From the NCBI GenBank assembly GCA_963674705.1, contig OY771506.1, positions 1,248,001 to 1,312,000 of the forward strand: 64,000 nt of DNA. The letters run 5' to 3'. Origin of the DNA: Phycisphaeraceae bacterium (GTDB taxonomy: Bacteria > Planctomycetota > Phycisphaerae > Phycisphaerales > Phycisphaeraceae). Position 1 is the stretch's first letter. Every line of letters begins with the position of its first letter. Below, in pieces: positions 10,011-20,575 of the stretch. The position numbers were made by a program, and so were the translations under genes. The notes beneath the pieces were generated by a model. That model was given only the letters and a program-made list of their open reading frames with translations, did no database searches and was not told the DNA's origin.

Positions 10011-10046
10011 GGGTGTCACACTTTGACTCCGCAGGAGCAAAGTGTG
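10011..10046. repeat. REP-like hairpin, GGGTGCCACAYTTTG..CAAARTGTG family
   Basis: GGGTGTCACACTTTGACTCCGCAGGAGCAAAGTGTG; related copies at 35288, 36884, 36980 and 37119. Confidence 0.75.
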
Positions 10047-10092
10047 CAAGTAACAGCACACCGCGCCGAGAGCAACACGTTACGCGCAACAA

Positions 10093-10123
10093 ACAACCCG
10101 GCAGCCAACGCCGTCGGGTTGTT
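10093..10123. terminator. Putative hairpin terminator between convergent genes
   Basis: AACAACCCGGC-N9-GTCGGGTTGTT stem-loop between the ATPase and pepC stop codons. Confidence 0.55.
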
Positions 10124-10144
10124 CAATGTGTGATTCAGTTACGT

Positions 10145-11518
10145 TTACTTCGCCAGCGCGCCCATCGGGTCCCACGGCGGTAGCACGATCGGTTCCAGCT
10201 CGACCGCTTCCTTCAGTTCTTCCGGCAAATGTTCGCAGTGGATCGCCACCTCGAACATGTACTCGTCGAACCACGAGTCGTTCATGATGTAGAAACCCTT
10301 CTTGCCGTTCTCATCGCCCCAACTGTTCTCGACGCGCCAACGCCGAGGCGAATCATCGTCCTTCACATCCACGCCGGTGAACAGCATCGCGTGCGTCATC
10401 AGCGTCTGATGATAGATCAAACGCTCAGCCTTGGTGTGATTGAACGGTGTCTGGTAAACGCCTTCATAATCGAACAGCTTCGCGTCCCACAGCCCGAGGT
10501 TGCGCTGCATCATCTTCCCGACGTCGCAGCCCATCCACACCGGCTCGCCACCGATGAGCGTCTTCATCGTCAGCTTCTTCATCAGGTCCATCTCGATGTT
10601 CAGGTACTTCACCGGCTTACCGCCGATGACGTTGCCCAGATGCGCAACCGTGAACGTCTTACCCATCGGGCTCGTCGGCCGCGGGTCGTGAACAAGACAG
10701 ACATATTCATCCAGCGGCAGTGTGCAATACAAATCCGCAAACTCCAGCGGCGTCAGTTCACCATCACGATGGAAACGCTTGTCTTCATCCTGCCACTGCC
10801 AGACAAACTTCTCCGGCGGCGTGCCTAAATGAATGCACAACACGCGGTACACCGCTTCGACGATCTCAAGCTTCGCCGCCGCAACTTCATTGTCCGACTT
10901 CTTGTCCGCAATCATCTTGCGAAGTTTCGCCGCACCCTGTCGCAGCACCGTTAGAAGGATGCTGTTCATACGAGGTGTGTTACCCGAGCTTTCCGTCTCC
11001 GGCATAAACGCCTTGGGGACCAGCCCGTGCTTGCGCACGATACTCACGAACATGTTCCACTGACCGCCGTCATCCAAAGGCCGATCCAGCAGGTACGCCA
11101 CCACGCGATCGTCCGCGTCTTTGTCGGCCGTAGCAATAATCTGTTCGAGGAAGTAATTCGCCCGTTCGAGCTTGTCCCAGAACAGCGTATAGTTCTGGCT
11201 GAACTCGAAGTTCTTCAGCTTCATCTTCTTCATCGCCCCGACGCGCAGCAGGTTCAACCCCGCGAACATCCAGCAGCGCCCGGACTTCTTCTGGTTCGTC
11301 ACTTCCCAGTCGTCCAGGTGATGGCTGAACGTGTGGTCCATCGTCGTGACGACTTCGCGATTCAGCGCGACTTCATCGACCGCCGTCTGCGTGACCGCGT
11401 TCTGCATCAGCCTGTTACGCGGGTCGGCCGCAAACGAGGCACGCAATTCAGACAGAGTCTTTTCATCCAGCGCCGCCTCGGCCGCGCTCACGGAAGGATC
11501 AGATGACAGGGTAGACAC
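10145..11518 (-). CDS. pepC: Aminopeptidase C / bleomycin hydrolase (C1B cysteine peptidase)
   Basis: NQKKSGRCWMFA (catalytic Cys), MTHAM (His), WRVENSWG (Asn), C-terminal PWDPMGALAK. Confidence 0.95.
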   Translation of the reverse strand: MSTLSSDPSVSAAEAALDEKTLSELRASFAADPRNRLMQNAVTQTAVDEVALNREVVTTMDHTFSHHLDDWEVTNQKKSGRCWMFAGLNLLRVGAMKKMKLKNFEFSQNYTLFWDKLERANYFLEQIIATADKDADDRVVAYLLDRPLDDGGQWNMFVSIVRKHGLVPKAFMPETESSGNTPRMNSILLTVLRQGAAKLRKMIADKKSDNEVAAAKLEIVEAVYRVLCIHLGTPPEKFVWQWQDEDKRFHRDGELTPLEFADLYCTLPLDEYVCLVHDPRPTSPMGKTFTVAHLGNVIGGKPVKYLNIEMDLMKKLTMKTLIGGEPVWMGCDVGKMMQRNLGLWDAKLFDYEGVYQTPFNHTKAERLIYHQTLMTHAMLFTGVDVKDDDSPRRWRVENSWGDENGKKGFYIMNDSWFDEYMFEVAIHCEHLPEELKEAVELEPIVLPPWDPMGALAK

Positions 11519-11671
11519 GAGTTAACTCCCACTAATAGATAACAGTTTGGGCACAATATAGCCTGTTTATACAATAATTAATAGAGACGCCCCAGTTTCC
11601 GACCGAGCCCTTGTTTAATCCGACATTTTTCTCTTTCCCCCGCCCCCTGATCAAAATATAATCTCCTCACC

Positions 11672-12877
11672 ATGTCAAACGGGGAAACGCACACACCGAC
11701 GGACCTTCAGGCTTTGGAGCATTTTGTCGTGGAAAACGACGAGCTGCTGGAACTGGAAGAACGGATCGGGCGGTTCAACATCTTCGACGCCCTGCGGATC
11801 GTGGATGCCGAGATACGCCACTCCAACTTCCTGGCCTGGCTCCTGGACCCGAACGAATCGCACGGCCAGGGGCCGCTGTTCCTCAAAGCTATCTTGATGG
11901 ACCTGCTGCGGCAGAGCCCGCCCGACCTGCGCCCCTTGAGCCCCGTCCAGATCGACGGCGCTGAATTGCGGGGCGTAGACATCCGCCGCGAGTGGCGCAA
12001 CATCGACATCTTGATTACCTGCAAAGACCCGGCGTTTGTGATTGCGATCGAGAACAAGATCAAAGCGGGCAAGTACAACCCGTTCAAAGAATACGAAAAA
12101 CGCATTCAGGCCGAGTTCCGCGGCCAGCCCACCATGTTCGTCCTGCTGACCACAGACGGTTCGGAGCTTGAAGACTCGCAGTGGGTGCCCTACTCCTACG
12201 AAGACATCCACAGCGTTTTAACGCGCGTGCGCAAAACCCACGCCACCAGCATCGGCGACGACGTGCTCGCCTTCCTCGACCACTACATCCGCCTGATCGG
12301 GAGCCGCTTTATGGACGATCCGAAAATCGACGAACTGTGCCAGACGATTTATAAGAATCATCGGCGAGCAATCGAGATGATTGTTGAACGCACTAAAGCG
12401 GGTCGATCTGAATTGCTGTCCGCTATCGAGGACTTGATTCGTTCGGATGAGCAGCGTTGGGTATTCCTGAATTCGACGACTCGTAATATCGCGTTTCTAC
12501 CCAAGCGGTGGTATGAATGCGTGCCGCCCATTGGAGATAATCCCAGAAAAGACCCTCGGTCATGGTTGTATTGGGATTTGTGGTGCTATAACGGTTCATG
12601 TCGTTGGCGTCTGGTTTGTAACAAGGTTAACGACGAGTCGTTGCGCAAGAATATTGTGTCGGCTATCAGCGGTTCTCAAGCGGGATTTGGGTTGAAGGCG
12701 CGCAAACGAGATTTATCGCGTGGGTGGAACAGTCTTGGTTTACGTCTGATCGAAAAGTGGGCGGATGACGACCCAGAACCGCAAGTAATTATCCCAAAGA
12801 TAGAAAAGCTTATGGCCAAGTTGGAACAAGAGCTGGCGGGTATACCCGACGTTTTAAAGAAGATAAAGCTTGCATAA
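11672..12877 (+). CDS. PD-(D/E)XK nuclease family protein
   Basis: FNIF..EIRHSNFLAWLLDP..HG, then IRREW..IDIL..IAIENKI nuclease motif; variable C-terminal half. Confidence 0.85.
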   Translation: MSNGETHTPTDLQALEHFVVENDELLELEERIGRFNIFDALRIVDAEIRHSNFLAWLLDPNESHGQGPLFLKAILMDLLRQSPPDLRPLSPVQIDGAELRGVDIRREWRNIDILITCKDPAFVIAIENKIKAGKYNPFKEYEKRIQAEFRGQPTMFVLLTTDGSELEDSQWVPYSYEDIHSVLTRVRKTHATSIGDDVLAFLDHYIRLIGSRFMDDPKIDELCQTIYKNHRRAIEMIVERTKAGRSELLSAIEDLIRSDEQRWVFLNSTTRNIAFLPKRWYECVPPIGDNPRKDPRSWLYWDLWCYNGSCRWRLVCNKVNDESLRKNIVSAISGSQAGFGLKARKRDLSRGWNSLGLRLIEKWADDDPEPQVIIPKIEKLMAKLEQELAGIPDVLKKIKLA

Positions 12878-12885
12878 TGTTGTTC

Positions 12886-13580
12886 GCCCACGTTCGGCGA
12901 ACGTGGGCTTCGGGGTATTTCTTGGAGTCATTGATGCCCGGGTGGAACGGCTGGTATCACTGTATGGCCAACACCTACGGCACCTGGTTGCCGGGGGACC
13001 CGCGCGGGTTTCGCACGCGCAATCACCGGGAGCACGTTGATGGTGATTACAAGAATCCGCCACCCAAAGGTAAGTACGACCAGCGGCACGAGTCAGCGAA
13101 GTCCCGGATGGATCGGGAGGCTGTCTACCTGACGCCTGAGGCGAGGCGGGTAGTGTGCGAAGAGTTGCAGGATTCACTGGTAAGACATGGTGCTGAGCCC
13201 ATCGTCATCAGTGTCAGCGTCATGCACATGCATGTCTTAGCGCGGTTCCCGCTTGAAGGGAAGCCCGCGTTCGCCGAACGTGGGCTTCGGGGCAAACCTA
13301 CATCAGCAGTGGATGATCCCGTGCGTCACATCATGGGGCTTGCCAAACAGTGGTCCGCCAAGCGTTTGATTGCTGAAAACCTCACCGCTCCCGGCGGCAT
13401 CTGGGCGGGCAAGGGGAAAATCGTTCCGATCAAAGATCGATCGCATCAAGTCCGAGTCTATCACTACATCCTCAACCACGGCCCCAAAGAAAATGCAGCG
13501 GTGTGGTGCTTTCGGGATAGTAAACACGAGTGAGTAAACAACAAAGAAGCCCGCGTTCGTCGAACGTGGGCTTCCGGGGG
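12886..13580. repeat. Three palindromic REPs of RAYT-1: 12886-12915, 13260-13292 (inside the gene), 13546-13580
   Basis: Consensus GAAGCCCRCGTTCG-N-CGAACGTGGGCTTC(C)GGGG. Confidence 0.9.
12934..13533 (+). mobile_element. HUH/Y1 tyrosine transposase, REP-associated (RAYT-like) no. 1
   Basis: WYHCMANTYGTWLPGDPRG N-terminus, HUH motif HMH, candidate catalytic Tyr in YHYILNH; flanked by REPs. Start moved to ATG 12934 (GGAG upstream). Confidence 0.85.
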
Positions 13581-13604
13581 TTTATTTTGTATTCCGTCTT
13601 TCGC

Positions 13605-15215
<1,611 letters not shown>

Positions 15216-15335
15216 TCATTGACAGGATCACCACACACCCGTTCTGCCACGATCTGGGGAATTTGATTCGTACTTGCTGGATAACGTGTTATACTCACCC
15301 AGCCCTATTGTTATCAGACGCATGGAGGCGTCCGC

Positions 15336-16526
15336 TTGACCGCGACGAATTCCTCATCCATCCAGGAAACTTCCGCCCAAGGCCAGCCCGCCGATATCGC
15401 TGCGCCTCAGCAGCACCCGCCGCAGGCTGAATCCACCCCCACCCAGCCCACGCCACAGCAGTCCGCCCAGCAGCCCCAGCCCCAGCCCCAGCCCAAGCAA
15501 CAACATGACACGCCGGCTGCCGAACCCCAACCGGTCAGCGAGCCTGTCATCACCCCCGGCATCCAGCCGACCGTTTCGCATAAAGACCCCGAGCCCACAC
15601 CGCCACCCGCCGCGCCCAAGCCGGATAACAACCGCCCGACGCGCATCATCGCCCTGATGAACCAGAAAGGCGGCGTCGGCAAAACCACCACCTGCACCAA
15701 CCTCGGCGCAGCCCTCGCCCGCATGGGCCAGCGCGTCCTCATGATCGACCTTGATCCGCAGGCCCACCTCACGCTCTCGCTCGGCGTCGACCCCGACGCG
15801 ATCGAAAAGAGCATGTACGACCTGCTCACCGATCCCACCACCACCGCACAAGAGGTCGTTCAACCCATCGGTGAAGACGGCCAACTCCAGATCCTCCCCG
15901 CCGAAGTCAACCTCGCCGGCGTCGAAGCCGAACTGGCCGACAAAGTCGTCACCGGCATGGCGCAGACGGTTTTAAAGCAGAAAGTCGCTCCGTTTGTGTC
16001 GGGTACCGGGTATCGGGTATCGGGTCTCGGAAGAGGCCAGGAACAAGACCCGAAACCCGAAGCCCGAAGCCCGAAACCCGACTACATCCTCATCGACTGC
16101 CCACCTAGCCTCGGCCTGCTCACCGTCAACGCCCTCACGCTCGCCAGCGAAGTCATCGTCCCCATGCAGGCGCACTTCCTGGCGCTGCAAGGCCTCGGCA
16201 AGCTCTTCGAAACCATCATGATGATGAAGCAGGGCATCAACCCCTCGCTCAGCGTCGCCGGCGTCGTCCTCTGCATGCACGAGGGCAACACCATCCTCGC
16301 CAACGAAGTCATCAACGATGTCAACGGCTTCCTCGAAGCCGCCCGAGGCACCGATGCCCCCTGGGCCGACGCCGTCGTCTACCACCCGCCCATCCGCCGC
16401 AACATCAAACTCGCCGAAAGCCCCAGCTTCGGCCAAAGCATCTTCGACTACGCCCCCGACTGCCACGGTGCTCAGGACTACGCCAAGCTCGCCGAGTCCG
16501 TCATCGGCCAGCGCGTCAACCAATAA
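15336..16526 (+). CDS. ParA/Soj-family ATPase with a P/Q-rich N-terminal extension
   Basis: NQKGGVGKTT, IDLDPQ, DYILIDCPPSLG, IRRNIKLAESPSFG. Confidence 0.92.
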   Translation: MTATNSSSIQETSAQGQPADIAAPQQHPPQAESTPTQPTPQQSAQQPQPQPQPKQQHDTPAAEPQPVSEPVITPGIQPTVSHKDPEPTPPPAAPKPDNNRPTRIIALMNQKGGVGKTTTCTNLGAALARMGQRVLMIDLDPQAHLTLSLGVDPDAIEKSMYDLLTDPTTTAQEVVQPIGEDGQLQILPAEVNLAGVEAELADKVVTGMAQTVLKQKVAPFVSGTGYRVSGLGRGQEQDPKPEARSPKPDYILIDCPPSLGLLTVNALTLASEVIVPMQAHFLALQGLGKLFETIMMMKQGINPSLSVAGVVLCMHEGNTILANEVINDVNGFLEAARGTDAPWADAVVYHPPIRRNIKLAESPSFGQSIFDYAPDCHGAQDYAKLAESVIGQRVNQ

Positions 16527-16693
16527 ACCATCATCCGCAATCTTCACACCCCCAGGCGAGGCCGGTTCACCGGCCGTGTCTTCTAATGTTCTTCAGTCAC
16601 ACATCCTCACAAGACACACCCACGCCACTTATTCTGCCTCCCAAATCCGCACAATCTGCGAATAACCTCTGACTTGCCCAAATCACGCCCATC

Positions 16694-16724
16694 AAAAAAC
16701 CGCCCCATGGCGGGGGCGGTCTTT
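16694..16724 (-). terminator. Intrinsic terminator downstream of flgM, possibly bidirectional
   Basis: AAAAAACCGCCCC-N6-GGGGCGGTCTTT; gives a hairpin plus U6 on the minus strand. Confidence 0.8.
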
Positions 16725-16760
16725 ACGTAAATCAATATGTGTTTACTTCAAGGTCTTAAA

Positions 16761-17036
16761 TCACAGGATGTCTTCGATCAGGTTTTCGATCGCGGTATCG
16801 GTCTTTTCTTCGGTTTCATAGCTGCCGTCGGCGATCGAAGCCTTCACGCGGTCGATAAGTTCCTGGCGTACGTCGGGAAGCTCGGCGATCTTACTGAGAT
16901 ATTGAGCGCTGTCTGATAATTCGACCTGGTCTTCGCCCCGCTGGGCGGTCGTGGTCGAAGTCTCGGGCTTGCTCGGACGAACTCTGGGTTCGAGGGTTGT
17001 CGCGGCTGGTCGGTTGATCGGGGTTACGTCGCTCAT
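16761..17036 (-). CDS. flgM: Anti-sigma-28 factor FlgM
   Basis: DQVELSDSA...VRQELIDRVKASIADGSYE motif; AGGAG RBS. Confidence 0.88.
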   Translation of the reverse strand: MSDVTPINRPAATTLEPRVRPSKPETSTTTAQRGEDQVELSDSAQYLSKIAELPDVRQELIDRVKASIADGSYETEEKTDTAIENLIEDIL

Positions 17037-17138
17037 AACTGTCTCCTAACTGACAACGGCCTGACACCTGGTCAAGGTCTGGCCGTACGGGGAACACGAT
17101 CGCAACAAGCGATGACTGGTGTGCCCTTACGCATATAT

Positions 17139-17167
17139 TTATCGCCCAAGCCTTGAGCGCAGCTTGA
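17139..17167 (-). promoter_or_regulatory. Putative sigma-28 (FliA) promoter of flgM
   Basis: Minus strand TCAA-N17-GGCGATAA versus consensus TAAA-N15/16-GCCGATAA; spacing is slightly long. Confidence 0.5.
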
Positions 17168-17249
17168 AGTTATGAATCTGAGGGTGTGTTTTCGCTTAAA
17201 GACATTATAAGCAAGCGTTTAAATTAAATCACAACCCCTCAATGTCTGA

Positions 17250-17316
17250 TAATCCACACCCCGCCTGTACTGGTACAAATGCACCCAACCTCAATCTTAT
17301 ACACAACTTATCCACA
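17250..17316 (+). promoter_or_regulatory. DnaA-box cluster
   Basis: TTATACACA (17297-17305) and TTATCCACA (17308-17316) in tandem, plus TAATCCACA (17250-17258); AT-rich flanks. Confidence 0.65.
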
Positions 17317-17360
17317 CCCTGAACATTTACCTAACGACTAAAAAATACATCTAAAATAAT

Positions 17361-18227
17361 TCAAATTTCTTCGCTCAAGCCCCTTTTTATTGCCCCAATC
17401 AGCCTCGCAGCCTGCCGATTGGGCCCCACATCGTGCACACGGAACACCTGAACGCCAGCCATTGCACAATACCCCGTGACTGCGCACGTACCCCCCAATC
17501 GATCCTCTACATCCGCACCCGCATCCACCTCACCGATGAATCGCTTTCGACTCGCCCCCATCAGGATCGCATATCCCGTCGCCACAAACGCATCGATCGA
17601 CCGCAATAACGCCAGGTTGTGCTCCGTCGTCTTCCCGAAGCCGATCCCGGGGTCTAATACGATCCGCCTGCGATCCACACCCGCCCGCTGAGCCGCCTCC
17701 GCTCGAGCCAGCAGAAACTGCTTCACTTCCCCCACTACATCACCGTACTGCGGCGCATCCTGCATCGTCCCCGGCTCACCACGCATATGCATCAGCACGA
17801 TCGGCAAACCCCGCTCGGCTGCGAACGCCAGCATCTGCTCATCCTCTAGCCCCGCACTGACATCGTTCAATATCCCCGCACCCGCATCCACCGCCGCTTC
17901 CGCCACTGCAGCTCGCGTCGTATCGATACTGATCTGAACCGCTGGGTAGTCTTGATCCAGCTTCTGGCGCAACGCCCGCACGATCGGCACAACCCGCCTG
18001 ATCTGCTCATCCGCTTCAACCCGCTGCGAGCCCGGCCGAGTCGACTCACCGCCGATGTCGATGATGTCCGCTCCCTGCTTGGCCATGGCTAATCCGTGTT
18101 GCACCGCGCGCTCGGCGTCCAGATAACGGCCGCCATCAGAGAAGCTGTCCGGCGTCAGGTTCAGGATCCCCATCACCCTCGGCTCATCCAGCGACATCGT
18201 CTCATTGTTGCTCAGCAGCAGTTGCAT
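17361..18227 (-). CDS. folP: Dihydropteroate synthase
   Basis: MGILNLTPDSFSDGG, GGESTRPG, DPGIGFGK, GASRKRF, RVHDV. Confidence 0.97.
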   Translation of the reverse strand: MQLLLSNNETMSLDEPRVMGILNLTPDSFSDGGRYLDAERAVQHGLAMAKQGADIIDIGGESTRPGSQRVEADEQIRRVVPIVRALRQKLDQDYPAVQISIDTTRAAVAEAAVDAGAGILNDVSAGLEDEQMLAFAAERGLPIVLMHMRGEPGTMQDAPQYGDVVGEVKQFLLARAEAAQRAGVDRRRIVLDPGIGFGKTTEHNLALLRSIDAFVATGYAILMGASRKRFIGEVDAGADVEDRLGGTCAVTGYCAMAGVQVFRVHDVGPNRQAARLIGAIKRGLSEEI

Positions 18228-18419
18228 GTGATGAGTGTATCGACTGTGACTTTTAAGACGAATCGGTCGTTATCCGATTGCGTCAGATCATCGTGGAATT
18301 TACTTAAATCACAGGGGTAAACACGTAAGTCAAACCGTTGTTTTCAATAGCGTTAGCTCGATCGTTTTTTGATGGTCAGCAGGTGTAGTTTGTCGTTTGT
18401 TTTGCCGATATAGCAGGCT

Positions 18420-18821
18420 GTGGCTCAACAACTTAAACAACCCGATCCAAGCCTGCATACAGACTTGGCCGAGTTGCTGGATCAGCTCGATCACGAATCG
18501 AACATCGATCCCTGGCAACGCATCGGCAAGCGACGTGCTATCCATGCGCCGGTCACGCTCGGTGTGATGGCGGGCGGATACAAAGCACTGTACCGCGGAT
18601 GGGCCACCGACCTCTCACCCGACGGCATAGGACTGCTGACCGAACACGATGTCCCCATGGGCGCCGTGCTCTACGTCAACCTCGAATCCGTTGCAGGCAG
18701 GTCCCTGCTGTTGCCGATCCGCATCTGCTACGTCAGCAGGCTGCTCAGCAAAACCTTCCGCGTCGGCGGCGCCTTCAGCTTCATCGACGCCGACCCCGGC
18801 AACACACGCCTCTCCGCGTGA
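18420..18821 (+). CDS. PilZ-domain (c-di-GMP receptor-like) protein
   Basis: RIGKR (RxxxR) and DLSPDG (D/NxSxxG) motifs. Confidence 0.8.
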   Translation: MAQQLKQPDPSLHTDLAELLDQLDHESNIDPWQRIGKRRAIHAPVTLGVMAGGYKALYRGWATDLSPDGIGLLTEHDVPMGAVLYVNLESVAGRSLLLPIRICYVSRLLSKTFRVGGAFSFIDADPGNTRLSA

Positions 18822-18860
18822 AGTAGCTGTATCAACGTTCACAGCACACATACTTCCCCA

Positions 18861-19066
18861 CCCAACGCCGGTCCTGAGCGCAGCGAAGGTCCGGGCGGTT
18901 TGTATAAATAACCACAGAGACACAGAGAAAATACATTTTCAAAAGAGATAAACACGGATTAACACAGATAAGAAGTGTTAGTTGTTGATTGCATCACACC
19001 AGATCCTATCCGTGTTCATCTGTGTTCATCCCTGTTCCCCGTCTTCTTCTCTGTGTCTCTGTGATT
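18861..19066. repeat. Composite repeat block: a CTGAGCG..GCGAAG copy plus nested empty inverted periodic elements
   Basis: 18861-18895 repeat; ACCACAGAGACACAGAG (18911) pairs with CTCTGTGTCTCTGTGAT (19049); the AAACACGGATTAACACAGAT arm pairs with ATCCGTGTTCATCTGTGTTCATCCCTGTT (19008-19036). Confidence 0.85.
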
Positions 19067-19076
19067 CAAACCCAAA

Positions 19077-20504
19077 CTAAACCTTCGTCTTCAACCACCC
19101 GCCATGGAAGAAACGGCCGGCAAACAATATCCCGCGCACCGCCATCTCGCCGCAGAGCCCGTACCAGATCCCGACCAGCCCAAGACCGAAGTACATCCCG
19201 AACAGGTACGCCGCCGGCAAGCGGAACACGAACAGGCTGATGTACCCGAGGATCATCGTCGACCGCGTGTCGCCTGCGCCCTTGATCGCCTGGCTGAACA
19301 CGATGTACATCGCGAAGAAAGGCTGAACCCAGCCGCAAACCCAAAGCAGTTGCGGCGTCACTTCACGATGCACCGCCACCGGCGAAACCAACGCGATCAG
19401 CTTGTCTCCCATCGTGATAAACACCACACCGCTGACCGTCATCACCGTCACCGCGATCCCGCAGCACATTAACGCCGATCGCCTCGCCATCGTCGGGTCT
19501 TCCGCGCCAAGGTACTGCCCGACCAGGATCGCCGCCGCGCCCGCCAGCGCGAAGCCCGGCAAAAAGCTCGCCGACTCGATACGCACCGCCCACATGTGCG
19601 AGCCCATCAAACCCTCGGACGATGCAAGATGGCCGATCATCAGGATCACCAGGAAGTTGCCGCCCCAGATGACGATTCCCTCTGCAAGCTGCGGTATCGC
19701 AACACGGATGATGCGCTTCGCGGTATGCCAATGCGGCTTCAGACGCGCCGGACGCAGGCGAATCAATCGCTTACCACGGAACAGAACAAACATCGTCAGC
19801 ACCGCACCGACACCCCACGCGACCGCTGTGCCCGCCGCGATCCCCGCGACGCCATGCCCGCCGATCGGTTCAGGCCCGTAAACAAACAGCAGACTCGTGC
19901 AGACGTTCACCGCGTTCACAACAACGATGACGAAGAAAGGCGTTCGCGTATCACCCGCTGCACGCAGACACGCACCGCCGACAAACAACACCGAACTCAT
20001 CGGCCCCGCCAGCGAAACGATGCGCAGATACATCGTGCCCAAATCCAGCGCCATCGCTTCCAGACCCGCCAACAACACGATCAATCTTGCCAGCGCATAG
20101 ATGATCACCGACATCCCCAGACCCATGAGGATCGCCAGTAAAATCGCCTGACCCAGTGCCGCGTTGGCTAACCGTTTGTGGCGTCCGCCGATCGCACGCG
20201 ACACCAGCGCCGACGCCCCGACGCCGACCGATCCCATCAGTAAACCCATCAGCCAGTTCACGTATCCCGCAACGCCCAACGCATCGTTCGCCGCGACCGC
20301 CAGATCCTCCGGCTTAAGCTGCGACGCCAGGTACATGTCCACCGTCCCGACCAGGAACGCCATCACCTGTTCAAGCAAAGGCCAGATCGCCAGCACCAGA
20401 ATCTGCTTGCGCAGCGACAGCCCCGCCAGCTTCCCACCCAACGCTCTGGGCACCGGCGCAGCCACCGCCACCGCTTCACTTTCAGATCCTTCATCACGGC
20501 GCAT
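19077..20504 (-). CDS. MATE family efflux transporter
   Basis: About 12 TM segments, RAAGDTRTP and KGAGDTR repeats, GVAGIAAGT. The likely start is ATG 20504, 7 nt after TACAAT; the ORF track start at 20522 is also possible. Confidence 0.92.
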   Translation of the reverse strand: MRRDEGSESEAVAVAAPVPRALGGKLAGLSLRKQILVLAIWPLLEQVMAFLVGTVDMYLASQLKPEDLAVAANDALGVAGYVNWLMGLLMGSVGVGASALVSRAIGGRHKRLANAALGQAILLAILMGLGMSVIIYALARLIVLLAGLEAMALDLGTMYLRIVSLAGPMSSVLFVGGACLRAAGDTRTPFFVIVVVNAVNVCTSLLFVYGPEPIGGHGVAGIAAGTAVAWGVGAVLTMFVLFRGKRLIRLRPARLKPHWHTAKRIIRVAIPQLAEGIVIWGGNFLVILMIGHLASSEGLMGSHMWAVRIESASFLPGFALAGAAAILVGQYLGAEDPTMARRSALMCCGIAVTVMTVSGVVFITMGDKLIALVSPVAVHREVTPQLLWVCGWVQPFFAMYIVFSQAIKGAGDTRSTMILGYISLFVFRLPAAYLFGMYFGLGLVGIWYGLCGEMAVRGILFAGRFFHGGWLKTKV

Positions 20505-20575
20505 GGCGGGCATTGTAGCCATGTAGAAAAATCACGCGCGTGAGCTTTCGATAAACAAACCACGCACACAAGACA

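Noticed and set aside
603..10092. Long antisense ORFs (e.g. 603-1364, 7534-8721, 8917-10092; similarly 39939-40823)
   Set aside because: They mirror well-supported genes on the opposite strand, as expected in high-GC DNA, and show no motifs.
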